Below, one piece after another: positions 1 through 10,925 of a DNA stretch of 64,000 bases. The notes under the pieces are model-generated. The model had not been told where the DNA came from, did no database searches, and saw nothing but the letters and a program-made list of their open reading frames with translations. The position numbers and the translations under genes were made by a program. Origin of the DNA: Negaprion brevirostris (taxonomy: Eukaryota); contig JARDVH010000163.1 in the NCBI GenBank assembly GCA_030324005.1, positions 57,205,677 through 57,269,676 of the forward strand, in the 5' to 3' direction. Numbering within the stretch: position 1 is the stretch's first letter; each line of letters begins with the position of its first letter.

Positions 1-380
1 GTAAAGATACAACTAGATTCAGCAGAATGATTTATCACTATAAAGAGAGATTTGAAAAGCTGCAGCTTTTTGCACTGGAGTTGAGAACGTACCCTGATAG
101 AGGTCTTCAAGATAGTAAGATTTGGCAAAATGACAACTTTCCGATAACCAAGAAAATGTTTAAAGTTTGAAGTGAAAGAGATTGCTGGACGAAATTGTTG
201 TACAGAAAAGTAGTTAGAATTAGACATGCTCAGCCAATAGCTAAGCCTTTGAATTTTTTTAAACAAAGTTGGCTTCTCGCAAAAAAAACAAATATTGGAT
301 ATGGGAAGTGCATGTAATAATGGGATTAGGTTCAATGGATTTACAAGAAGGAAAACACACTGATGCAGACTTGACGAACT
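1..380 (+). mobile_element. Decayed CR1 LINE 3' fragment
   Basis: Contains 'agattcagcagaatgat', 'ctgatagaggtcttcaagat' and a tail like 'gcagacttgacgaactgacc', matching CR1 ORF2 end/3'UTR copies elsewhere in the window. Confidence 0.6.
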
Positions 381-391
381 GACCAGTTCAT

Positions 392-515
392 TTTATTTTA
401 TTCATTTACGGGATATGGGCACTGCTGGCTCAGTCAGCTGTTATTACTCATACCTAATTGCCCTTGAGAAAGTCGTGGCGAGTTGCCTTCTGGAATTGCT
501 GCGGTCCCTGTGCTG
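392..515 (-). mobile_element. 3' tail of CR1-group LINE (same tail as 2620-3690)
   Basis: 'ttattcatttacgggatatgggcactgctggc...cctaattgcccttgagaaagtcgtggcgagttgccttc' is the reverse complement of the tail at 3590-3680. Confidence 0.7.
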
Positions 516-554
516 TAACAAGCAATGAATCTTTGAAGAGTTTGGTAAAACAGG

Positions 555-910
555 TTAATACTCTACGCACTCACCTCTAGTGTCCGAAATGCACATGAAT
601 ATACAAAAAAGTCGTTTCTGTCTGCTGACTGTAGGGTCCTACATGAAATGAATTTCACAGTTTCAATCGGTTATGACTGGGCACAAGGCCAAAGCACAGA
701 ACAACTGCTCTTCAGTGCTAATGGGCTTTAGATTGGCAATCAGGCTCACTTAAGAGAGGCCCCAAGGATGCCAAGTGTTGGAAATGTTGCAGTGATGTTT
801 TACAGGGAGCTCTTCTTAGGCTTGGATTTCAGCCGACTGTTGGGGTAGAGTTGAAGAAACTTCACTCCATCTGGCCTGTGCAGTGCTGGAGCTGGAAGCA
901 TTTAATGTTG
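555..910 (+). mobile_element. LF-SINE-related ancient SINE relic
   Basis: Colinear motifs 'tcacctctag', 'aaagtcgtttctgtctgctgactgt', 'cctacatgaaatgaatt', 'ttggcaatc...agagaggcccaagg' resemble the LF-SINE consensus as recalled. Confidence 0.45.
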
Positions 911-1314
911 ACACCACAAGAGGAGGAATGCATTCCATTCCCAGGAACTGATAAAAATGGTATTTATGCATCTTCAACACAGAACGTTGAATACAATAAT
1001 GGCTCTGTACCATATTCCCCAAGGGAACCTTAGAAATAGTTCCAAGTAGGGGCAGATTATAAAGGGCGTGTTGAATTGTTTCCTCATTAGGGAGCCACTA
1101 ACAGTATGTCTTGTGTCAGAAGCCACTGACAGTCTTTTCCAGGATATTACAGAGTGGTGGGGGTGGGGGGGTGGGGGGTGTTTCGTTGATGTAAATTTTT
1201 TAACTATAAGGCAGCAAACAAAAATGAGAGAAAGGCAATATGTTTCTTAAAGAAACAGGATATAGGGAGGGAATATCACAATGTAGAAAAGTAAAATTTG
1301 CAAACTGTTGACAC

Positions 1315-1894
1315 GGCATCTGTGGATCATTCAGTAGTTAGCACTGCTGCCTCATAGCTCCAGGGTCCCATGTTCAATTCTGGTCTTGGGTGACTGTCTT
1401 TGTGGAGTTTGCACATTTTCCCTGTATTTGTGTGGATTTCCTTTGGGTGCTCCAGTTTCCTCCCACAGTGCAAAGATGTGCGGGTTCGGTTAATTGGCCA
1501 TGCTAAATTGCCCCTCAATGTCCCAAGATGGGTTAGGGGAATTAACGGGATAAATATGTGGGGTTATGGGGATAGGAGTGGGGAGGGGGGAGGTGGGCCT
1601 CGGTAAGATGCTCTGTCAGAAGATCAGTGCAGACTCATTGGNNNNNNNNNNNNNNNNNNNNNNNNNNNNNNNNNNNNNNNNNNNNNNNNNNNNNNNNNNN
1701 NNNNNNNNNNNNNNNNNNNNNNNNNNNNNNNNNNNNNNNNNGTTAGGGGAATTAACGGGATAAATATGTGGGGTTATGGGGATAGGATTGGGGAGGGGGG
1801 AGGTGGGCCTAGGTAAGATGCTCTGTCAGAAGATCAGTGCAGACTCATTGGGCCAAATGGCCTCCTTCAGAACTGTGGGGATTCTATGATTCTA
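1315..1894 (+). mobile_element. HE1-type V-SINE (spans a 100-N gap with duplicated flanks)
   Basis: tRNA head 'gttagcactgctgcctca...gttcaattc', V-domain 'gtggagtttgcacatt...ttcctcccacag..caaagatgtgcgggtt', CR1 tail 'gggccaaatggcctccttc...gattctatgattcta'. Confidence 0.92.
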
Positions 1895-1964
1895 TTCGTG
1901 ATCTGACATAAGCGATAGAATGACCTACAATGGCATCTACATAGTTGTGTGACCAATGACAGTT

Positions 1965-2105
1965 TAGAAACACGGAAACTAGAAGCAGGTGTAGGCTATT
2001 CGGCCCTACGAGCCTGTTCTGCGATTCATTTTGATCATGGCTGATCGTCGAATTCAGTATCCTTCCCTCCATATCCCACAGAAACTAGAAGCAGGAGTAG
2101 GCAAT
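1965..2105 (-). mobile_element. CR1 LINE 3' tail (partly duplicated)
   Basis: 'gaaactagaagcaggtgtaggctattcggccc...gatcatggctgatc'; the motif 'gaaactagaagcagg' recurs at about 2081. Confidence 0.7.
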
Positions 2106-2371
2106 TTCAGTGGGAAGCACTTGGATGTCTGCCTCACAGTCAGATTAGATCTACTCTGCCCCATTGGATTCTTTGTCCAAAAACATGTTTATAGCGGGGA
2201 GACAATCCTGCGGGATAAAGAAGCTGAACAAATCCAGCTTCAGAAATATCAAAGAAAGCAAGGGATGGCAGCATTTTCTAATGAGAGATACTGCTGCTTT
2301 TTCTCCAAATAAATCTTTGTTTAATACTTAACAGATCTTACAGAGCTTTCATTTTGCTTTGCAATCATTCA

Positions 2372-2500
2372 GGCTGGAATTTTTTGGCCCTTCCCGCTGG
2401 CGAGATCATCCTACTCCCGCCAAAATCAATGGACATTTGAATGGTTTGCCACATTCATTGCAAGGGAATGCGCTACTGTGGGGCTGAAAAAAAACACCTC
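2372..2500. mobile_element. MITE-like element
   Basis: Starts 'ggctggaatttt' like the other MITE termini; internal 'tcccgccaaaatcaatggacattt' is shared in reverse complement with about 47045-47075. Confidence 0.5.
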
Positions 2501-2619
2501 TAAATTTCCATTTATTGACCAAATTTATAGAAAAAATTAAAGTATTTGTACAGAAAAGTTACATATTTGCACACTTGTAGATTGGCAATAATGCTGTAAC
2601 ATGTCCACTTGTTTATCAT

Positions 2620-3690
2620 CACCAACTTTCATTGGTGATGCACTATTCCCCACTCATCAGATACTGAATTAGCCTGTGTTGCTATATAGCAAGACCTGGA
2701 CAATGTTCAAGCTTAATAAGTGGCAAGTGACATTTGTGCCACACAAATGCCAGGCAATGACCATCTCCAACTAGAGAAAATCCAACCACCTCCCCATAAC
2801 ATTCAATTGCAGAATCTCCCACTATCAACATCCTGTGGGGNNNNNNNNNNNNTACCATTGACCAGAACATTAACTGGAATAAGCAAATGCATGATGTGGC
2901 TATAACAGCAGGTCAGAACTTAGGAATCCTGCAGTGAGTAGCTCACTTCCAGACTTCCCAATGTAATATGACTTTCCCCAAAAAAACCCCAGTGAAACAG
3001 AAAAATGAAATTTGCAGTGGGTGAATACAGTTGATGTGCAGATCGTGTGGAAGAGGCTAACTGGGGGAATATTTTCTGTGTGTTATGGGGGTTGCATCTA
3101 ATTGTGCCTGAACCACTGTTTCAGTTGAAACAAATATAAGAAAGTGCTTGAAAATGCAATGCTGAGGGTATGCTGCATTGTTATCTAATAATTGCAAGTC
3201 AAGAGCACGATGGAATACTCTCCATTTCCAAAAGCACTCAAGAAGCTCGAAACCGTCCAGAACAAAACTCACATGGCTGGCACGCAATCCACAACCTTCA
3301 ACATTCACTCCCTCCACAACCAAAGCAAAGTGGCAGCAGTATGTAAATATGATTCACTGCAACAGCTCACCAAGGCTCCTTCGACAGTGTCTGCCACACC
3401 TGCCACCTTTGTCACCTAGAAGGGCAAGCAGATGCATGGGAACACCACTGGCTGCAAGTTTGCTTCCAAGCCACGCATCATTTGGACTTGGAACTATATC
3501 ACTGTTCATTCATTGTTTGTGGATCAAAATTCTGGAACTTTCTTCCTAACAACACTGTGGGTGTACCTACACCACATGTACTGCAGCGGATCAAGAAGGT
3601 AGCTCACAACCACCTTCTCAAGGGTGGAGATGGGCAACAAATGCTGGTCCAGCCAGCGATGCTCACATCCCATGATGAAGGATAAAAAAA
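2620..3690 (+). mobile_element. 5'-truncated, decayed CR1-group non-LTR retrotransposon (RT C-terminus plus 3'UTR), interrupted at 2963-3181
   Basis: Translates in broken frames to QDLDNVQA / KWQVTFVPHKCQAMTISN / MEYSP / LKKLETVQNK, typical of the RT C-terminus; ends 'caaggg..gatgggcaacaaatgctgg...cacatcccatg'. Confidence 0.85.
2963..3181 (-). repeat. Left arm of ~217-bp inverted duplication (partner 4311-4526)
   Basis: Manual alignment to the reverse complement of 4311-4526 gives about 21 substitutions and 2 small indels. Confidence 0.95.
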
Positions 3691-3699
3691 AATGTGTTG

Positions 3700-4010
3700 A
3701 CGTCAAAATTCACATCTTCACAACTCCCCCTTGCCTCTTGCCTCCTCAAACTTTACAGCTTCACCCAGTCTTACATCTTTGCTCCACTCTTCCAACTATG
3801 CTTTATCCTGTTTGTCCATTTCTTCATCCTACAATTGGTGGTAGACCCTTCCATACATTAGGCCCACCCACTCTCTTCCCAACCTCTTCACCTTGGTTCA
3901 TCCTTCCTCAACTTACGGAAATCTGCCTCCACATCAGTGATGTTTGCCCTGCTTTTTACTCCTACTGCTGCGTTAGGATTTGACCTCCAATTCCAAAGCC
4001 CTTTGCCTCT
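3700..4010 (+). mobile_element. L2 LINE 3' fragment (very decayed)
   Basis: Pyrimidine-rich 'catcctacaattggtggtagacccttcca...ggcccac' resembles L2 3' regions seen elsewhere in the window. Confidence 0.4.
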
Positions 4011-4071
4011 TTAAAAGCAAGTATAAGGTGGCAAGGAGTTACTGAAGCAGAATTTTCCATTGTATATAAAC

Positions 4072-4340
4072 AAACTTGCATTTGTGTAGCACCACATAGT
4101 CACTGCCATAAGCATAAGAAACACAACAGCCAGTTTTCACAAAAAAGGCCCACAAAGAGCCATAAGTTAATGACTGGATAAGTTAGTGACATTGGTTGAA
4201 GGATACAATGAGATGCAGCGCAGAACACCTATGCTTTTGTCCAAAACAACGGCATTTGTACACACCCTTGAGAAGAAAGGCAGGGTGTCATCTAAAAGGC
4301 AGCACCTCTCACAATGAAGCACACCCTCAGCATTGCATTT
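4072..4340 (-). mobile_element. DeuSINE (SacSINE1/AmnSINE1-type) fragment
   Basis: Tail 'aacttgcattt' and body 'tcatctaaaaggcagcacctctcacaatgaagcacaccctcagcattgca'. Confidence 0.65.
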
Positions 4341-4526
4341 TCAAGCACTTTGTTACATTTGTTTCAATTGAATTTGTGCTTCAGGCACAATTAGCTGCAG
4401 CCCCCATAACACAGAAAATATTCCTCCAGATAGCCTTTTCCTCATGAGCAGCACACCAACTGTATTCACCCACTGCAAATTTCATTTTTCTGTTTCACTG
4501 GGTTTTTTTGGGGAAATTCATATTGC
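4311..4526 (+). repeat. Right arm (probable donor) of the inverted duplication
   Basis: Reverse complement of 2963-3181; spans a SINE/unique-DNA junction. Confidence 0.95.
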
Positions 4527-4867
4527 TTTTGTATAAAATACAGATTTTCGTTCAATGCTTTCTGCTTCTGCTGAGATTGAGTTGTGGAGTGAATGATTAA
4601 ATGGGTCTCGGATGAAAGATTTGCAAAGAAAAAATGTCTGGGTCACTTTATCTGCATTTCGCAGAAAACACGAGCCAAGCATAAAATTCTTCAGTAAACA
4701 AGTTACACACTTATCAGAATTCATCTCTGGCAGTAAAGCATTGCCATCTCCCTATCAGCCACTGACTCAGTTAGCACTGACAATGCACCTATTTTAAAAA
4801 TGAGCACATTTCTAACTTCTGCTTTGACCCAAAAGGTGCACTGGATTTATGCAGCAAGAACAAGAAA

Positions 4868-5560
4868 TGGGGCTGGTATTGGTTACAAATTTGTAAGGCA
4901 GCCTATAGGCTTCACATTACCTCATAATCCATGGCTAAATTCTTCTGTGGGCATTGGAAATTATACGAAGGTCGCTAGCCCATGCTTAATTGTTGGAATA
5001 GTGACCATTGGTGCAGCTTGGCGTGTAGTGGGTTACTAATTGGCTACTTCTGAATTCACCATCCAGGGAGCTCTAATGGGAGAGTCTGCAGCTTTGACCA
5101 ACTAGTTCCCCCCCCCATCAGGACAGATGGGGCCACTGAAGGAGGAATACGAGCATGAAGGTATCTCAAATTGGAAACCTGCCGAGAATCTATAATTAAA
5201 CAATGTCCATAGTTGTTAGGACCATGAACAAGAATGATTTCGGCAGTGACTGTGGCCTTGTAGTACCAGGAGTTCATTCATGGGGACCAGTCAGAGAAGG
5301 CACCAATAGTCCTTTGGCCTGTTGCCAGGCGGGTCATTTCCAAGTTGCTGCCCTACTCCAAACTCAGCATGAAAGACAGAGAAGACAGTTTGGTGCCAGA
5401 AAAACGCTTGCGGATTTTAAAAACAACCCCCAATGGGACCCTAATTGGCTGCCCACTTCCATGGAGCAGATTCCCTTAGCAGCCTGGCCCTGGAAAACGT
5501 GACCAGAAGTGGGACCTCATTGAGGGGTGATCACAATGCACAGCCAGCTAAATTTCCCTG
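4868..5560. mobile_element. Possible decayed non-autonomous DNA element
   Basis: GC-richer block starting 'gggctgg' and ending 'aaatttccct', similar in style to the MITE termini; no coding remnant. Confidence 0.3.
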
Positions 5561-6009
5561 AGTATCACCTCACCTCTACCACTGTGACAAAATTCAACAC
5601 GTAAGAGTATAGAGTATTTTTGCAGCCTTAACTCCTAAAAAGCTTGTAAATAATTGTATCTTCATTCCCATTCGTACAGGAATTTTTTTGCCAATTATCT
5701 GAAATCTTTGTTCTCTGGACACTTCTGCCAGTTTTTTCAATGTTGTGACTTGACCAAAACCAGATAATGACCAGAGCTTGGGGCCCAGACAGGCTGAAGG
5801 CATGACCATCAATGGAAGGGCANNNNNNNNNNAGACACCAGTTCACTACAGTAAGAACAGAACCAATACCAATATCAAAGACATTCTGCTTGTTAGCTCA
5901 CACCATGCAACATTGACAACAGTGATATTGCCAATCTCTGAAACATAAGAGAATTCAACAAATAGCAATGTTTCCTTCTTGTAAAATAGGGTATATTTCT
6001 AATCAATCC

Positions 6010-6918
6010 CTTCTAAGGCCATAAGGCAAAGGAGCAAATGTGAACTGAAACTGCTCTGCCAATCAATGAGATCATGACCATTGATCTGATGTGATAATCC
6101 CCAACTTCACCTTCGCACCACANNNNNNNNNNNNNNNNNNNNNNNNNNNNNNNNNNNNNNNNNNNNNNNNNNNNNNNNNNNNNNNNNNNNNNNNNNNNNN
6201 NNNNNNNNNNNNNNNNNNNNNNGCACCACATCCCATAACTCTTGATTCCCTTACTGATGAAAAATCTCTCTATCTCAGCCTTGAACATACTTAACAACCC
6301 AGCCTCTATGTCTCTCTGCGGTAAAGATTTCCACAGATTCATTATGTTCTAAGAGAATAAATTTCTTCTCATCTCTTTTCCATCAACCCCTAACTCTGAG
6401 ATTATGACTACTGTCCTAGACTCTCCCACAAGGGGAAACAACTTTTTAGCATCTACCCTGTCAAGCCCCCTGAGAATCCTGTATGTTTCAATAAGATTAC
6501 TGCTCATTCTTCTAAACTTCAGTGAATATAGGTCTAAATTACTTAACCTTGCCACATAAGAAAATCCCTCCACACCCAGGATCACCCTAATGAACTTTCT
6601 CTGGACTGCCTCCACTGCCAGTATATCTTTACTTCTATAAGGGAGCCTAAACCATTTAGAATATTCCAGGTGTGGACTAAGTCGTGCCTCATATAATTTT
6701 AACAAGGTTTCCCTATTTTTATATTCCACTTCCTTTGAAATGAAGGCCAACATTCCATTTGCTTTCCCTACTGCCTGTTGAACTTGTATGCTAGATTTTT
6801 GCGATTTATGCACAAGGACTCCCAACTCTCTCTGTATTGCAGATTCCTGCAGTCTTTCTCCATTTCAAAAATATTCAGTTCCTTTATTCTTCCTACTAAA
6901 TGCATAACTTCACATTTA
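6010..6918 (-). pseudogene. CR1 LINE ORF2 C-terminal part plus 3'UTR (decayed)
   Basis: ORF 6349-6825 (LGVLVH..KANGMLAFI..LYEARLSPHLEYS..LYSLKFRR..LIETYRILRGLDRVD) is the classic CR1 ORF2 C-terminus; tail at 6010-6340. Confidence 0.92.
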
Positions 6919-6989
6919 TATTGTGAAGCTAAAATATAAAAATATTTTACATTTTAATATAAAATATATTAAATATTTTATATTTAATG

Positions 6990-7740
6990 TGAAAGCAAAA
7001 AACTGCGGGATCTGAATCAAAAGCAAAAAATGCTGGAAAATCTCAGCAGGTCTGACAGCATCTGTGGGGAGAGAATNNNNNNNNNNNNNNNNNNNNNNNN
7101 NNNNNNNNNNNNNNNNNNNNNNNNNNNNNNNNNNNNNNNNNNNNNNNNNNNNNNNNNNNNNNNNNNNNNNNNNNNNAATCTCAGCAGTTCTGACAGCATC
7201 TGTGGGGAGAGAATAGAGCCAACATTTCGAGTCCAGATGACTCTTTGTCAGAGCTGAGAACAAAGAAAATCAGCAGAGATTAATATTATGAGGGTGGGGG
7301 TGGTGTGGAATGGGGTAAATGAGAGTACAGAAGGCTGAGAAGACGCTAGAAGTGTCCATTAAGTCATCAGAATGCGTGAATGACAACAGAGGTGCAGACT
7401 GTTAAGGCACAGTCTAAGGGATGTGGCAGTTGCCCCTTTGCCCCTGAAGTGGAGGTGAGGGAGTTGGGGGGGGGGGCCAAGTAGCGGGGTNNNNNNNNNN
7501 AAATGAAATCAAATAAAAGAAATGGAAATGGGATGAAGGTGGAGGGAGACTTCATGCTCTGAAGTTGTTGAACTCAATGATCCGTCCATAAGGTTGTAAA
7601 GTGCCCAATCGGAAGATGAGGTGCCAATCCTCCATTCTGCTTTGGGGTTCGTTGGAACATTGCAAAAGGTCCAGGACGGACATGTGGACAGGAACGCAGG
7701 GTGGTGTGTTGAAGTGGCGAGTGATAGGAAGGTCAAGTTA
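6990..7740 (-). mobile_element. Penelope-like element 3' fragment (GIY-YIG end plus pLTR) nested in CR1
   Basis: Minus strand 7735-7555 reads DLPITRHFNTPPC..HMSVLDLLQCSNEPQSRMEDWHLIFRLGTLQP..IIEFNNFR; pLTR 'aaagcaaaaaactgcgg...tgctggaaaatctcagcaggtctgacagcatc'. Confidence 0.85.
7225..7251 (-). ncRNA. Degenerate minimal hammerhead ribozyme core in Penelope pLTR
   Basis: Minus strand CUGACAA-A-GAGUC-AUCUG-GACUC-GAAA; stem II intact, conserved CUGANGA has a G to A change. Confidence 0.55.
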
Positions 7741-8195
7741 CATCTGTCAAGTTCTTTGCCCACTCATCTAACCTGTCTAATCCCTCTGTAGACTTTTTGT
7801 GTCCTCCTCACTACTTGCCTTCCCACCAATTTTTGTGCCATCTGCAAAACTGCAATAGCACATTCACTTCCCTGGTCCAAGTCATTCATATATACACTGT
7901 AAATAATTGTGACCCCAGCACTGATCAGGTTGCTATCCTGAAAACACCCTTCTTTACCCAACTCTCTGTCTTCTATCAGTTAGTATTAATCCTCTATCCT
8001 TGCTAATATACTACCATCAAAGCTGTGGGCTCTTATCTTACAAAGTAGCAATTTGTGAAGTACCTTATCAAATGTGTTTTGGAAATAAAAGTATATTATA
8101 TTTACTGGTTCCCTTTTATCCATCCTGCTCATTGCCACGTCAAAGAATTCAAATAAATTTGTCAGGCATCTTTTCCCCTTCATGAAGCCATGTTA
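7741..8195 (-). pseudogene. CR1 LINE reverse transcriptase domain fragment (upstream continuation of 6010-6918)
   Basis: ORF 7986-8183 MKGKRCLTNLFEFFD..VNIIYFYFQNTFDKVLHKLLL.KIRAH and 7764-7961 YMNDLD are RT motifs. Confidence 0.9.
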
Positions 8196-8419
8196 ATTAT
8201 ATTATGTATTTATAATGGACTCTTAATGTCTTCATGTCAATTGAGAATATGCAATTTTTTTCTGCTGCAATAGGGCTATTTTAACAAACCATTTAGAAAT
8301 ACAGTCGCACAAACTGAATGGTAAAAGTAACATGGTAAAATTGGAAATGGAAAGTCCAATTATGAAGTTAAAAATAGAAAATGTTACTAAGTAATATGAG
8401 TTTGTGTAAAAGTTTTATT

Positions 8420-8738
8420 TAGAAACCCTACAGTGCAGAAAGAGGCCATTCAGCTCATCAAGTCTACACTGACAACAATCCCACTCAAGGCCCAATCCCA
8501 CACATTTACCCTGCTAACCCACAGATCTTGAGATACAATGGGCAATTTAGCATGGTCAATCAACCTAATCTGCACATTTTTGGATGGTGGGAGGAAACCC
8601 ACACAGAGACAGGGAGAATGTGCAAACTCCACACAGACAGTGACCTGAAGCAGGAATTGAACACAGTNNNNNNNNNNNNNNNNNNNNNNNNNNNNNNNNN
8701 NNNNCAGCAATGCTAACCACTGTGCCACCATGTCACCC
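8420..8738 (-). mobile_element. HE1-type V-SINE
   Basis: Reverse complement of head ('gctaaccactgtgccacc'), V-domain ('ggagaatgtgcaaactccacacagacag') and CR1 tail. Confidence 0.92.
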
Positions 8739-10389
8739 ACAGTTGTAAGATACTCAGGATTCAGGTAGTCTTATCAAGTAGTTGGCTTGATTTGGGAGGT
8801 TATTCCCTGGTTTGGGAGATTATCTAAATCAGGCCGTGTTCGTACCTTCTAAATCATTGGAATTTGGGGATAACTGTGTACTAGCTAAACAACAGGACAT
8901 AGCAATATGTTTCACATACACATCATTGTAGGCACTCAGAAGGAGTGACAAGCTTTCTTCACCACCCTAATACTAATCACAGTACTGGGTAGGGCAAGAA
9001 GAAATGAATGTTTCCCAATACTGCCCCTCCTCATCAAGGTTCAGATCCATGTAGATTCAGGTGATCTTTAGTTCGGAGTAGGCAGTATGGGCTCCAGTAT
9101 TTTGAGTACAGATGCAGCAGCTTTCAAATAAAAACTCTGAATTTTGAAAGTTTGGATCCAGATTCTCCAACCGCAGCCGCTTACCTTCTCAAGTGCAATT
9201 TTGCTGCATTTCATTAGTGACCTTATATAGACTACAAGGTTACTGCCATTTACATTTCAAACAGCCGTACATTCACCTTGTCCAGATCAAGATCTCATTG
9301 AACCTGAATCAGCAGAGCCCTCTTTCTTACAGCCTTCAATTCCTCCTACTGCCAAGGGATAGTCAGCCCAGTTCCTTAATGCAGGAATAGCTACTAGAAC
9401 ATTCTCTGGAATTATCGTGAAGGTTTAATGCCTAGGGTGTAGTCAGCTGACAGATCTTGTCTGCGGAAGGGGGTCCTTAAAAATATTCAAGTTGGCTCAC
9501 GCGTACTTGAGCTTGGCAAGGTCAGGGAAAGTTGTCCAAAGCTTCCCAATGCAGTTGGGCACTGGAGCAAGTAAGCCAAACTCAGCACTTCCATTACTGA
9601 CCATTATTAGGTGAATGTAGGAAAATCAACAGGAGTGAACTCAAAGGTGGGGATAATTGAATCAGTCTCTTGGCACTCCCTATGTTGGCAACTGTGAGGA
9701 GAAGGCCAATATGGTGCCAGTGGAAGCAGAAGAGTGGTTCAATCTCTCTATGAATGCACCGATTTTGGGTTGTTTGGCCACATTTCCAATCAATAGGGAA
9801 AAACAGAAACATGAAATACAGTCCCGCAGGGGAAAAAAAAACATATTGAACATCTGTTTACATCCACTGAAAACAAAGTTATTTATCTGAACTTAATATT
9901 AAACCCATTTTATTTCTGAAACTGTCCTTACCTATTTGATCCAGCCAAGAGTTTGAGAAACCGGATAATTGAACATCAAGGAACAGCACGCATCAGGGAG
10001 CAGGCAGCATTAAGAGAGAGAAACATTTTCATTAGATTTTGCCATTTTAATGGAAGAAGAAGAAAATAGATTTGAAAAAAAGGTACGATATGCCCAACTT
10101 ATTGCCAGGTTTTTAATGAAAAAAATAATAAACTGAAAATCTATCCACCCCATCAGAACAGCCAGCTCAGGAGTAAACAATGCAATCTCTGTACAAACAT
10201 CAGTTGTTATCAGTGCTGAAATTTAATCTCAGTTCCAAATGAGATCTAGTTCCATTCATCACAAGATATGAAAGAACATGGGAGAGGCACATGCAGAGCT
10301 AAACTCACCAACGATTTGTTTAGTTGTTACACTGCTATGAAACTGGGACTGCATCAATTCTTCATGGGCATGTCACAATAGTGAGTGTT

Positions 10390-10560
10390 ACATAGAACTG
10401 CATAGAATTCATAGCACAAAAGTAAGGCCATTCAGCCCAACTGTTCTATGCCAAAGGCTAGGCTTCACATGAGCTAGTTCCCCCACTGCATTATTTAACT
10501 CTTAACAGTCTATCTTTCTATCCCTTTATCCCCTATGTACATAACTTACCTCCTAAAAGG
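10390..10560 (-). mobile_element. CR1 3' tail fragment
   Basis: 'catagaattcatagcacaaaagtaaggccattcagcccaactg'. Confidence 0.6.
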
Positions 10561-10624
10561 TTTAGCTCATCATCCACTGTTATCATTGTTACCATTTGCG
10601 AAGTGTGAAATGCAAGTTATGTCA

Positions 10625-10925
10625 AAAAGAAAATCTTTTAATGCAGGACAACATCCCAAGGCACTTCAGAGAAACAGTGCTGGACAAATTTGGCACCAAA
10701 CTGCAAATGGAGATATTCAGACAAATTGGTCAAAGAGGCAGGTTTTAAAGGAGGACAGGGAGAGAGAGGAAAGGTGGTTTGAAGAGGCTACCCCAGAGTC
10801 TAAGGCCTAGGCATCTGAAGGCATGGTTGCCAATGCTGGGGCAATAAAAATCAGTAATGCACAAGAGGCCAGACTTGGAGGACAGCAGGTAACTGACATA
10901 CCTCACAACACTAACATTCAAGAAG
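10625..10925 (-). mobile_element. L2 LINE 3' end
   Basis: 'acatcccaaggcacttca...ttggtcaaagaggcaggttttaa...aggcctaggcatctgaaggcatggttgccaatg', shared with 42910-43200. Confidence 0.75.

Noticed and set aside
3057-4447. Two ORFs sharing 'PQHCIFKHF..FVS.E.V.QAQL.A.PIT' as paralogous genes
   Set aside because: The similarity is fully explained by the non-coding inverted duplication 2963-3181/4311-4526
2963-4526. Composite DNA transposon with ~217-bp TIRs
   Set aside because: The interior is the continuation of the interrupted LINE plus other relics, the right arm overlaps a SINE end, and there is no TSD or transposase
6919-6990. AT-rich quasi-palindrome at the CR1/Penelope junction
   Set aside because: Low-complexity filler where short palindromes are expected by chance
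6349-8183. Reverse-transcriptase-like ORFs as a host gene or active retroelement
   Set aside because: Fragmented, frameshifted CR1 ORF2 with internal deletions and a nested Penelope insertion
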